Shown: positions 1 to 8,448, counted from the first letter of the stretch. The stretch: 60,993 nt of DNA from Akkermansiaceae bacterium (GCA_023301545.1 JALZUI010000040.1:1-60993), one strand, 5' to 3'. Made by a program: numbers and translations. Notes: a model not told the origin generated them from the letters alone.

Positions 1-16
1 ATACTTCTACGCGCTC

Positions 17-47
17 TTCTTGACAGAGGGACAGACGAATGATATTG
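17..47. repeat. 31-nt sequence (ttcttgacagagggacagacgaatgatattg) repeated near the far end of the window (60697-60726)
   Basis: Direct comparison by eye: 29 of 31 aligned positions are identical (one indel, one mismatch). Similarity stops at both edges. Confidence 0.7.
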
Positions 48-1293
48 TGAGGCAACTCGTAACATCCTCGATACCAAGGCCAACAATTATAACGATGGCA
101 GCACCGTTTCGAGCTTTGACTATGTCGTCAATGCTATTGGTCAGCGCACCAGTGTTAATAAAACAGGCTCCGCCTTTGGGGGCACAACCTCGATCAATTG
201 GGGGTACGATGCACTAGGGCAAGTCACGCAAGAGACTTACACCAATGAGTCTGCTCTTGATCAAGTTTATGGTTACGACCAAATCGGAAACCGTGAGAGC
301 AAAGCGCTCAATGGAACAACCACCGCTTACGAAAACAACGCTCTGAATCAAATGACGAAAGTCGCAGCTGCGGAGCAAGCGTATGACGATGATGGAAACC
401 TCCTCACCTCTTCCGAGGGACTGACTCTTGTCTGGGATGGTGAAAATCGCCTTCTTTCCTCTACTAAAGGCAATGTGACCACTACTTACCAATACGACTG
501 CCTGAGCCGTCGTACGAGCAAGGAAACGAACGGTGCTACGACTCGCTTCCTCTATGATGGATGGAACATGGTAATCGAATATGCTGGTGATGTCGTTGAT
601 ACGCGCTATACTTGGGGCATGGATCTAAGTGGGAGCATGCAAGGAGCAGGGGGAGTCGGAGGACTTCTCGCTGTTACGGATGCTTCTAGCAATCATTCCT
701 ACCCAACCTATGACGGGAACGGAAACGTCAGCGAATACCTCACAGCTGATTCTAGTATCGTAGCTCACTACGAATACGATGCCTTCGGCAATGAGATCGA
801 GAGTAAAACAACAGGCGCCTCAGCCAATGACTACGCACACAAATTCTCAACCAAGTATCAGGATAAGGAAACAGATTGTTACTACTATGGTTACAGATAC
901 TACAACCCCGTAACAGGCACTTGGCCAAGTAGAGATCCTATCGAGGAGTTTGGACATAAGCAGTTAAAAAGTTTAATTTATTGGGAAATAGCGAGTGGAG
1001 CACTTATCGCTAATCCATATAACTTCGTTAAAAATAATACACTGAGGTATTATGATATAAACGGAGAAGCAGCCGGTGTTATTGCAGGTGGAGCGGTTAT
1101 TGTTGGTGCTATTGCACAGGCCGCTTGCTTCGGAATAGTTCAACGGTTTTCGAAACGATGTGCGGCTAAAACTACAGCGGCGCAAGGTAAATGTGATCTA
1201 GATTGTGAAACATTCGAACCATGGGATGAGTCTCTAACTTGTCTCGGGGCATCGTGGAGCGGACCATGTGGAGGGCAATGCGTTAAAAATTGA
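43..1293 (+). CDS. RHS/YD-repeat protein, C-terminal portion (no upstream start in this frame) with a short polymorphic-toxin tip
   Basis: Frame +1 is open from nt 43 (TGA at 40-42) to the stop at 1293. Serial YD repeats are present (FDYVVNAIGQR, WGYDALGQV, YGYDQIGNR, AYDDDGNLL, WDGENRLL, YQYDCLSRR, YEYDAFGNE). The RHS core-end signature YGYRYYNPVTGTWPSRDPIEE ... NPYNFVKNNTLRYYDINGE is followed by a 75-aa non-repeat tail. Confidence 0.8.
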   Translation, partial: YCEATRNILDTKANNYNDGSTVSSFDYVVNAIGQRTSVNKTGSAFGGTTSINWGYDALGQVTQETYTNESALDQVYGYDQIGNRESKALNGTTTAYENNALNQMTKVAAAEQAYDDDGNLLTSSEGLTLVWDGENRLLSSTKGNVTTTYQYDCLSRRTSKETNGATTRFLYDGWNMVIEYAGDVVDTRYTWGMDLSGSMQGAGGVGGLLAVTDASSNHSYPTYDGNGNVSEYLTADSSIVAHYEYDAFGNEIESKTTGASANDYAHKFSTKYQDKETDCYYYGYRYYNPVTGTWPSRDPIEEFGHKQLKSLIYWEIASGALIANPYNFVKNNTLRYYDINGEAAGVIAGGAVIVGAIAQAACFGIVQRFSKRCAAKTTAAQGKCDLDCETFEPWDESLTCLGASWSGPCGGQCVKN

Positions 1294-1589
1294 AAAGTTT
1301 CAATTATATGCAAAGGACTTTATTATTTTTTGTGGTGATAGTTGCTATGCTATTTCCTTATTTTTCGGAACTTTTTATTAAACCAAAAAAGAGCTCCTAT
1401 TTTGAAAATTGTGTAAAAGTCAAAGGGATAAGGTTTAAATCATTGAAAAGAACTTTAAGGTTTTACCAGGTTGAAATTTACGGGTTTTCTTGGCTCTACG
1501 GTAGTTTTAATTATGTTTCTTTTGCATCTAAAGACAAGAAAGCAATCCTTAAGCGTCTAAGTAATTGTTCAGTTTATGAATGTGAGTGA
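1290..1589 (+). CDS. Putative immunity protein for the RHS tip (small, N-terminal TM helix)
   Basis: ORF overlaps the RHS stop (TTG at 1290; alternative ATG at 1308). It has a hydrophobic N-terminus (LLFFVVIVAMLFPYF) and looks AT-rich by eye. The position directly after an RHS C-terminal tip is the classical immunity slot. No recognisable family. Confidence 0.45.
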   Translation: MKSFNYMQRTLLFFVVIVAMLFPYFSELFIKPKKSSYFENCVKVKGIRFKSLKRTLRFYQVEIYGFSWLYGSFNYVSFASKDKKAILKRLSNCSVYECE

Positions 1590-1690
1590 CGGGATATGCG
1601 TAAATTAAACCAAAAAATCAGACCTGTCACCTAATCAGTAAAAAACCGCCTGACCAAAAAATGTTCATTTGGTGTGTGAACTCGGCTCGT

Positions 1691-1945
1691 ATGAAAGCGC
1701 CTTCTCATCACGAGAAGGCTTATCACCATTGCGTATCACGGGTCGTGAACCGTGATTATGTGTTGAAGTAGCAGGAAAAAGAACACTTCGTAAAACTGAT
1801 GCGAATGTATGAAAAGCTCTCCGCAGTCCGAGTGGTGACCTTTTGTATTATGTGTAACCATTTCCACATTCTCTTAGAGGTTCCCAACAACGCCCAGAAA
1901 CGCTTTTCTGACCAAGAGCTCATCTCTCTAGTCCAAAGGAATTAA
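1691..1945 (+). pseudogene. Remnant of a RayT / IS200-like (HUH, Y1) transposase
   Basis: Own translation: MKAPSHHEKAYHHCVSRVVNRDYVLK*QEKEHFVKLMRMYEKLSAVRVVTFCIMCNHFHILLEVPNNAQ... The HUH motif (NHFHIL) and the YHxxSR motif are present. There is an in-frame TAG at 1769-1771 and the ORF ends after about 84 codons, so the catalytic-Tyr half is missing. Confidence 0.7.
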
Positions 1946-2282
1946 TTTTGCCTACCCCTTCATAAAAAACACGACCCTAAAAAGGCAACGAACGAGAAGG
2001 CGCGCTTCTAGGTGAGATGTGTTGAGGCGCAGGAGAGAAGGCCACGCGTTTACTCATCTTCCAGTTGATTACCATGCAATAGGCGAACCACCTACGACGC
2101 CACCCACTACGACCAAAGCAACGACCAAAGCAACGAACGAAAAGCCCTGCTCATGAACCAGTTTCTAGAGGCGCAGCAAAACAAGCCCCACCTCACCTCA
2201 GTCCCCAAACAAAACCCGCCCAAATTCGCGGTTTTTTATGGGTTCAACAGCCAGACCTTACGGACTAGGTTAACTAGTTTAC

Positions 2283-2322
2283 CTCTTTCAGAAGGCTATA
2301 TGCCGATGGATATCGGCGGTCC
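2283..2322. repeat. REP-like palindromic element, copy 1 (ctctttcag..tatgccgatGGATatcggcggtcc)
   Basis: 6-bp stem gccgat/atcggc with a 4-nt loop. A near-identical copy lies at 2919-2957. Confidence 0.65.
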
Positions 2323-2374
2323 ATAGGAAAGCCCTCGCCCGAACGCACGCGCATGGGAAAAAAAGACTAGGAAA

Positions 2375-2617
2375 ATGGCTGTATTCCGCTATAATGAAGC
2401 TATGACAAGCGTCCTTGAAATCGAGCAAGCATTGGTAAAATTACCACGTATTGATCGCACCCATCTTGTAAAAAGCCTTCTTCGTTCTTTGGACAAACCA
2501 GAGTATGTTAGTGACGAAGAAAAAGAGCTTTTAGAGAGGCGCTCTAATGAAGTGAGGACTGGTCTTGTCACCTCCTTGAGCCTTGACGAATTGCAAAGTC
2601 GAGTCGGCAAAGTATGA
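2375..2617 (+). CDS. Type II antitoxin, 'putative addiction module component' (Unstab_antitox-like)
   Basis: The pattern LEIEQALVKLPRIDRTHLVKSLLRSL ... EEKELLERRSNEVRTGLVTSLSLDEL matches that family as recalled from memory. A 4-nt ATGA overlap links it to the downstream toxin ORF. The true start may be the internal ATG at 2402. Confidence 0.7.
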   Translation: MAVFRYNEAMTSVLEIEQALVKLPRIDRTHLVKSLLRSLDKPEYVSDEEKELLERRSNEVRTGLVTSLSLDELQSRVGKV

Positions 2618-2913
2618 CGAATTTAATCATCCACCCAGAAGTTGGGAGGGAACTCAATGAAGCTTGGGCGTACTATCACGGCATAGACCCTGAGCTTGCG
2701 GCAAGAATGCTCGAAGAGGTCTATGAGCGAATGGCCTTAGCGCAGGAAAGCCCGCTTCACTTCCGAACCTTTCACAAGCAGTTTCGTCGTGTTTTATGTA
2801 AGACCTTTCCTTACAAAATCGTTTTTGAAATCATTGAGGAAATGCAAGCAGTTCACATAGTTGCTGTGCGTCATCAAGAAGAGCATCCAGACACTTGGAA
2901 AAAACGTCTCTAA
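2614..2913 (+). CDS. Type II toxin, RelE/ParE family
   Basis: 99 aa, translationally coupled to the antitoxin. ParE-like features: IHPEVGRELNEAWAYY..., FPYKIVFEI..., VHIVAVRHQEEHPD. Confidence 0.7.
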   Translation: MTNLIIHPEVGRELNEAWAYYHGIDPELAARMLEEVYERMALAQESPLHFRTFHKQFRRVLCKTFPYKIVFEIIEEMQAVHIVAVRHQEEHPDTWKKRL

Positions 2914-2918
2914 AATAA

Positions 2919-2957
2919 CTCTTTCAGGGGGATTATGCCGATGAATATCGGCGGTCC
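2919..2957. repeat. REP-like palindromic element, copy 2
   Basis: ctctttcaggggg..tatgccgatGAATatcggcggtcc. The 9-nt left arm is identical to copy 1. The 24-nt right part has one mismatch, located in the loop. Confidence 0.65.
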
Positions 2958-2960
2958 GTG

Positions 2961-3833
2961 CTAGTTGGCGAGTTGCTTGATTTGTCTGGGGCTGAGGTAG
3001 CGTTGGGGCTGCTGCTGGGTGCCTAGAGCGGTGTTTATATGGAGCTGTTGTAGTGAAGTGAGGGGAAGGGCGGCGTAGCGGGAGTTTTTGAGTTGGTACT
3101 TGGTGTCTTTTGTTGAGATGGCGTAGCTTTTGTGGTGTGCGATGGGTGAGCATTGGGCTTGATGCGCGTGTTTGGTTAGCGCCTTGTGGCTGTTGAGCTG
3201 GCTGTCGTAACGGACTTTGACGACTTCACGGCCATTCATGAATCCAGATTCGGTGGCGATGACGCCGGGGGCTTGGGCGAGGTGGACTTCTCCCGACCAA
3301 AAGCAGTACATTTCGTAGTAGGCGTCTTTGATGTGTGGATTGTTTTGCGCTTCGAGCTCGGCGACTAAAAGTTGGAAGTATTCTGGGGGTGTTTGTCCTT
3401 TGGTTTTGAGGGCGTGTTCTAGGGTTTTTAGTAGTCCTAGGGCACTGTAGTTGCCAGAGAGTCTAGGCACGATATTATCAGATTTACTATCGATGACTCT
3501 TACGACGGGGTTGTTCCAGCTAGGTTCATTGAAGAGTTCGAGGACGCGGGCGTCTTCGCCTTTTTTGTTATTATGGATGGCTAAAGGAATGAATAAGTCT
3601 TCGATAATTTCGACCATCAGAGGGTGGCTTAATACATGGTTTCCGTAGTTTCTGCAGGTGAGGCAGCCGGGGACTTCTTGGAAGAGGAGGAGGATGGGTT
3701 TGTCTTCTTTGCTGGATTGGCTTAGAGCCTGCTCGTAATCTCTCTGCCATTTGATTTTTCCTAATTCCTGGGGTTGTTGCGCATGGGCGGTGAGGGTGAA
3801 GAGAATAAGTAATAAAAGCTTTAGATAAGGCAT
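2961..3833 (-). CDS. Secreted thioredoxin-like (VPGCxxT-type CxxC) protein fused to an MsrA-like domain
   Basis: Signal peptide MPYLKLLLLILFTLTAHA. Thioredoxin-like motif LLFQEVPGCLTC. The C-terminal half carries the MsrA-type motif YYEMYCFWSGEVHLAQAPGVIATESGF. Confidence 0.6.
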   Translation of the reverse strand: MPYLKLLLLILFTLTAHAQQPQELGKIKWQRDYEQALSQSSKEDKPILLLFQEVPGCLTCRNYGNHVLSHPLMVEIIEDLFIPLAIHNNKKGEDARVLELFNEPSWNNPVVRVIDSKSDNIVPRLSGNYSALGLLKTLEHALKTKGQTPPEYFQLLVAELEAQNNPHIKDAYYEMYCFWSGEVHLAQAPGVIATESGFMNGREVVKVRYDSQLNSHKALTKHAHQAQCSPIAHHKSYAISTKDTKYQLKNSRYAALPLTSLQQLHINTALGTQQQPQRYLSPRQIKQLAN

Positions 3834-4036
3834 GAGAATAGGGGCTGGAGGATTAGGTTTTTGGGGGTGGTGTATGCGTAATATAGCGTTGAGCCGGTTA
3901 GTTTTCTTTTAATTTTAGTGAGCGTTTTCTTTCGCGAGTGGAGGGTGAGTAGAAAATCGCTGTAATTTTTAGCGGAATTTGGTAGTACTAAATTAAGCGA
4001 GCTACTGAGGGCTTGGACGATATTACTTTTTTAGAT

Positions 4037-5911
4037 ATGAATTATACACTGATTATTGTAGCGCTCCTTTTGGCTAATCTGGGGCTAGCTCAAGACACTC
4101 GCCCCGCTAAGCCTAATGTTTTGTTTGTTCTAGCCGATGACTTGGGCTGGCAGGATGTGAAATGTTACGATGTGGACGAGCCTAGTCCGTATGAAACACC
4201 TCACATGGACAACTTAGCAACGGAGGGTGTTCTGTTCTGGCAGGGATATTCACCGACGCCTGTTTGTGCTTCTACTCGTTGTGCGATTTTAAGCGGTTGG
4301 CATGCGGCGCGGTCCAATAAGACAAGTGTGATCGGAGGGCATCCACCCGTAGCGCACATTTATGAACATTCGCGGTTGGTTTCGCCTTGGCAACGGGGGA
4401 GTATTTCGACCGAGCAACCTAATTTAGCAACAGTGCTGAATAGTGGAGGGTATACCACAGGTCATAGTGGGAAATGGCATGTAAATATTAAGTTCACGGC
4501 AGAGCCTCGACCAAAGGGGATTGGGTTTGACTGGTCCCGTGAGAGTATGGGCCCCGCGAGACCGATGAAGCCTAACCGTGCCGAAGGGTTTGCTACGAAA
4601 TCGCCAAAAGATCCGTGGCGCCTAGATGAGCAGGATTTCCCAACTAACGAAATTTTCGTAGATGCGTTAGCCTTTATGGAAGAGTCTAAGGCCGAGCCTT
4701 TTTTCCTCTTTTGTGCGTCTCGATTGGTGCACTCCCCGATCCAAACGCGGAGTAAGCCTCTATTAGAGAAGTACTGTAAGAAACTAGGCGTTGATCTTCC
4801 TACGACTCCCGATGCGATCAAAACTAAAGGGCAGAACAACCCGTACTATTGTGCGATGGTGGAACAGTTTGATCACTATGTGGGATCCTTACTAAATTAC
4901 TTAAAAGAGACTGATGACCCACGTTGGCCTGGGCATAAGCTTAGCGAGAATACATACGTGATTCTGACCTCCGATAACGGAGGGGTGGAGCAACTACAAG
5001 GTGAAGGGGTGACGGATAATAGTCCATTACACGAGGGCAAGATGTCCCTCGCAGAAGGAGGGGTACGTGTTCCGTTCATCATCTCAGGGCCGAAAATTCC
5101 GGCTAATGTGCAGACTGAGGTAATGGCGAATGGCTTAGACATTTTCCCTACGGTTTTATCGATGACGGGAGTAGAGGCTCCTAAGGATCTGTTATTAGAT
5201 GGGTGTGACCTGAGTTCATTGTTGCTCCAAGACCCGCAAAACGCAGAACTTGTTAAAAAGCAGGATGGGAGCGCACGTGATACGATGGTGTGGCACTACC
5301 CCAATGGAACGACGATGTTTAGTACGATCCGAGAGGGTGGGTATAAGCTAATCCGTTATTATGATTACATCAACAATCCGAAAAATAAGAAGCCGTTTGA
5401 ACTCTTTAAGTTGTACGAGCCGGAGGAGGGTAAGGCCGGTCGTATTGATCTAGAGGAGGCAAAGGATATATCGGAAGCGATGCCAGAAAAGGTAGCGGAG
5501 CTAGATGCGAAGCTAACGACAATCTTAAATGGGATGAATGCTAAATACCCTTATAAAAATCCATTCTACAAAGGTGCGTCGGATCATAAAGAGAATGTAC
5601 CGAGCTTCATTTCTGAAGAGATCGAAGGGCAGGTGGTAAAGGCGAAGTTTACGGAAAACGGAGCGAAGGTTGTACGGGCGCAGGTTATGTACACGACCAA
5701 TGGCGGAGATCAGCTGGAAGAATGGTTCCCTGTAGTAGCGGAAGTCCAAGGTGATACGATCACGGCGACCTTACCTGCGGGAACTACTCACTACTTGTTC
5801 AATGTGATCGATGAGAACAATTACCTAGTTAGTTTTCCAAAATTGGCGGAAGAGAAAAGCTACCGCAGAAAGCCTAGGGTATTTTCATCTGATGCGCTGA
5901 GCGTTAAGTAA
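4037..5911 (+). CDS. Sulfatase (arylsulfatase family) with an extra C-terminal domain
   Basis: Signal peptide MNYTLIIVALLLANLGLA, then PNVLFVLADDLGWQDV and the active-site region SPTPVCASTRCAILSG. Later motifs are GKWH and LTSDNGG. The ATG at 4037 is preferred over the TTG at 4013. Confidence 0.88.
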   Translation: MNYTLIIVALLLANLGLAQDTRPAKPNVLFVLADDLGWQDVKCYDVDEPSPYETPHMDNLATEGVLFWQGYSPTPVCASTRCAILSGWHAARSNKTSVIGGHPPVAHIYEHSRLVSPWQRGSISTEQPNLATVLNSGGYTTGHSGKWHVNIKFTAEPRPKGIGFDWSRESMGPARPMKPNRAEGFATKSPKDPWRLDEQDFPTNEIFVDALAFMEESKAEPFFLFCASRLVHSPIQTRSKPLLEKYCKKLGVDLPTTPDAIKTKGQNNPYYCAMVEQFDHYVGSLLNYLKETDDPRWPGHKLSENTYVILTSDNGGVEQLQGEGVTDNSPLHEGKMSLAEGGVRVPFIISGPKIPANVQTEVMANGLDIFPTVLSMTGVEAPKDLLLDGCDLSSLLLQDPQNAELVKKQDGSARDTMVWHYPNGTTMFSTIREGGYKLIRYYDYINNPKNKKPFELFKLYEPEEGKAGRIDLEEAKDISEAMPEKVAELDAKLTTILNGMNAKYPYKNPFYKGASDHKENVPSFISEEIEGQVVKAKFTENGAKVVRAQVMYTTNGGDQLEEWFPVVAEVQGDTITATLPAGTTHYLFNVIDENNYLVSFPKLAEEKSYRRKPRVFSSDALSVK

Positions 5912-5936
5912 TGCGTAATTAGCGTACGATACTTGA

Positions 5937-5965
5937 AAAAGAGGTGGTTTATCCGCCTCTTTTTT
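5937..5965 (+). terminator. Rho-independent terminator after the sulfatase gene
   Basis: aaaagaggtgg-tttat-ccgcctctttttt: 11-bp stem (one G-U pair) followed by a T-run. Confidence 0.6.
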
Positions 5966-5981
5966 GTAGGTTAGAGGGACT

Positions 5982-6851
5982 GTGGAACGGACTCGATTAA
6001 GTAAGACGGAATGGAAGGCGCGATCGGAAGCGCATTTTGACCGGGTGCATACCTTTGCCCAAGGGGCGAGGAAACGAGCCTCACGCCGGGAAAAGCATCC
6101 TGTGTATGACTTTCTGACACGTTACTATCCGTTCTCCCTCGGCAAGTTTGAGAAATGGAACCCTGGCATTGGATTAGCGATCGAGGGAGGTGATGAAGAA
6201 CGGTTTAAGCGAAAAGAGCACCAGTATGATGCCGATGGGTATTGCTGGGCGGATCCCTCTCTATTGGATGATAAAGCACGCGCGCGGCACCAGTTTGTAT
6301 TGACCTTACTAGAAAACACGCAGGGGCGGAAGGCGGTGCATTCGTGCTTTGGGATGCATGAATGGGCGATGGTTTATACGGGAGCAGACGTGCGGCACCG
6401 TGAGACGGCACCGCTACGACTGTCGCAAGAGGAAATTGACGCCGTAGTTAGTTCCCGTCCTTTGGTTTGTACCCACTTTGACGCCTTTCGTTTTTTCTCC
6501 CCACAGGCGCAACCTTTTAACAAACATCAACCGAACCTCCACGATCGACCAAATCTAGAGCAACCAGGGTGTATTCATGCCAATATGGACCTTTATAAAT
6601 GGGCTTCTAAATCGATGCCGTGGGTGTGCAGTGAGTTAGTGTGGAAGTGTTTTCAATTAGCGCTGAAGGCGAGAGCAATCGATATGAGGGCGAGTCCGTA
6701 TGATCTCAGTAATTGGGGGTATGAACCCATCCGTATAGAAACAGAAGAGGGGCGCGCGGATTACCAGGTTGAACAGAAGGTTCTAGAAGATGAGGGGCGA
6801 GTCCTGCGCCAAGAACTGATCGAGGTCTTACGTGAATTAGTCAGCCACTAG
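5982..6851 (+). CDS. Conserved hypothetical protein (family sometimes auto-annotated as 3-methyladenine DNA glycosylase-like)
   Basis: 289-aa ORF with a GTG start. The motifs HPVYDFLTRYYPFS and GMHEWAMVY are recalled from a widespread uncharacterised family. The function is not established. Confidence 0.5.
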   Translation: MERTRLSKTEWKARSEAHFDRVHTFAQGARKRASRREKHPVYDFLTRYYPFSLGKFEKWNPGIGLAIEGGDEERFKRKEHQYDADGYCWADPSLLDDKARARHQFVLTLLENTQGRKAVHSCFGMHEWAMVYTGADVRHRETAPLRLSQEEIDAVVSSRPLVCTHFDAFRFFSPQAQPFNKHQPNLHDRPNLEQPGCIHANMDLYKWASKSMPWVCSELVWKCFQLALKARAIDMRASPYDLSNWGYEPIRIETEEGRADYQVEQKVLEDEGRVLRQELIEVLRELVSH

Positions 6852-8078
6852 TGTGACGATGCACTCAAGGTGTCGGGTCTGGGGAAAAAGGTCTACAGGC
6901 TGGACGTCGATGATCTTGTATTGTGCTTCGTGGAAGGCTTTTAGGTCGCGCGCTTGGGTTGACGGATCGCATGAAATGTAGACCACTCTAGTAGGAGCAA
7001 AATCAAAGAGCTGCTGGAGGAACTCTGGATTACATCCTTTACGCGGAGGGTCGATGAGGACGGTGGTTTCCGCTGCGGGGTAGGAAATATCATCGAAGAT
7101 TTTCTCAGCGGAGGCGGTAAGGATTTGAGCGTTATCGATCTTGTTAAACTCGGCATTGTAGCGAGCCCAGTCTGCACCTGTAGCGGAGACTTCAACCATG
7201 GAGACGGCCTCGAAGTCACGTGCTAGGGAAAGCCCGAAAAGCCCCGATCCACAATACGCATCAATGAGGTAGCGAGTCCCTACGGCAGCTTGCTTACGGG
7301 CGTAATCGACAAAGTCGTTGAGAATGTAGGGGTTGTTTTGAAAGAAATCGCCTGCGAGAAAGTGAAAGGTGAGGTCGCCGACCTGCTCGGACATGATTTC
7401 GCGAGGGTTGTCATAGACGCGCTCTTCATTGGTGCGAATGAGGAGGGTTTCCCCATTACTGTAGCTTTTTGCTCGCAAACGAACGCCATCGAGGAGTCGC
7501 GGGAGTGCTTGATTAATGTGAGTATGCGCAATTGGGCACTGCTTAATATCAAGGAGGTCACGGGAGGACCCTTTTTTCAGAAACCCAATCTCTTTTACCT
7601 TCCCGTTTTTTGCTTTTTGAAGGTGGGGGGTGATTTTAGACCTATAGTTCCACTCTTGCGGAGAGGGAAGGGGCGCATTTACAGAGGCGGTTACGCCTGC
7701 GAGGTGATTTAGGAGCTCGCCCACTTGTTGCTGTTTCCAATGGAGTTGTCGTGCGTATGAGACGTGCTGATATTGACAGCCACCACATTGGCCAAAATGA
7801 ATGCATCGAGCTTCAACCCGATCGGGGGAGGGCTCTAAAACTTGTTCGACCAGCGCATGGGAGCAGTTCTTGTCATTCCGCTGAATCTGGATGCGAACCT
7901 TTTCTCCCAGAAGAGTAAAGGGAACAAAGATGACCCAAAGCGAGTCTCCTCCGTCCTCACTGGTGACTGGAACTTTAGCAACTCCGTCCCCAAGGTTAGA
8001 GATTGATTCGATCTCGACCTCCAGAGGTTGTTGAAACTCAAAAGGGTAATTATTGAAGGGGCGCTTCTTACGAGACAT
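6837..8078 (-). CDS. rlmD: 23S rRNA (uracil-C5)-methyltransferase, RlmD/RumA family
   Basis: N-terminal TRAM-like region, Fe-S cysteine cluster CIHFGQCGGCQYQH, SAM-binding motif DAYCGSGLFGL, and C-terminal VYISCDPSTQARD. Confidence 0.85.
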   Translation of the reverse strand: MSRKKRPFNNYPFEFQQPLEVEIESISNLGDGVAKVPVTSEDGGDSLWVIFVPFTLLGEKVRIQIQRNDKNCSHALVEQVLEPSPDRVEARCIHFGQCGGCQYQHVSYARQLHWKQQQVGELLNHLAGVTASVNAPLPSPQEWNYRSKITPHLQKAKNGKVKEIGFLKKGSSRDLLDIKQCPIAHTHINQALPRLLDGVRLRAKSYSNGETLLIRTNEERVYDNPREIMSEQVGDLTFHFLAGDFFQNNPYILNDFVDYARKQAAVGTRYLIDAYCGSGLFGLSLARDFEAVSMVEVSATGADWARYNAEFNKIDNAQILTASAEKIFDDISYPAAETTVLIDPPRKGCNPEFLQQLFDFAPTRVVYISCDPSTQARDLKAFHEAQYKIIDVQPVDLFPQTRHLECIVTLVAD

Positions 8079-8091
8079 GTGAGAGGGATCG

Positions 8092-8448
8092 CTATTCCGC
8101 TGCGCGGATGGTGGTCGATTCTTCGGAAGCTTTCGGGCTGATCTCCTTTACTGGTGAGGTGCCAGAAATCTGTGTGGCGCTAGGAAGGGTAGAGACAATA
8201 TCGGGAAGCCGAAAGCCAGTATTAACGACCTCGAGCTGAGGTTGTGCGGGGGCTAGAGGAGCCACTTTCGGAGTTACTTGGGGCTCAGGAATAGAAGGCT
8301 GGGTGGGCTCCTGAGGGAGCTTAGGAATAGCGGCCGAGTTGATCGCTACGGGGCCGTCGTCGTTAGGAGAGAGTTCTCCCCCTTCCGGCGTGAGGGCGCA
8401 GGAAGATATAAATATCGTGGAGAGAATGAAAAGTAGAATTTTGTGCAT
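8092..8448 (-). CDS. Pro-rich lipoprotein, function unknown
   Basis: Lipobox at LSTIFISSC. The mature part is low-complexity and Pro/Glu-rich. Confidence 0.55.
   Translation of the reverse strand: MHKILLFILSTIFISSCALTPEGGELSPNDDGPVAINSAAIPKLPQEPTQPSIPEPQVTPKVAPLAPAQPQLEVVNTGFRLPDIVSTLPSATQISGTSPVKEISPKASEESTTIRAAE

Noticed and set aside
20-217. 65-aa plus-strand ORF at the window start
   Set aside because: It overlaps the YD-repeat frame and has no protein-like features after about residue 15. It is relevant only as the possible upstream frame of a frameshifted RHS gene (see findings).
2794-3153. 119-aa minus-strand ORF bridging the ParE 3' end and the thioredoxin/MsrA gene
   Set aside because: It overlaps two better-supported genes and runs across the REP element. 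The sequence is Pro/Thr/Gln-rich and low-complexity.
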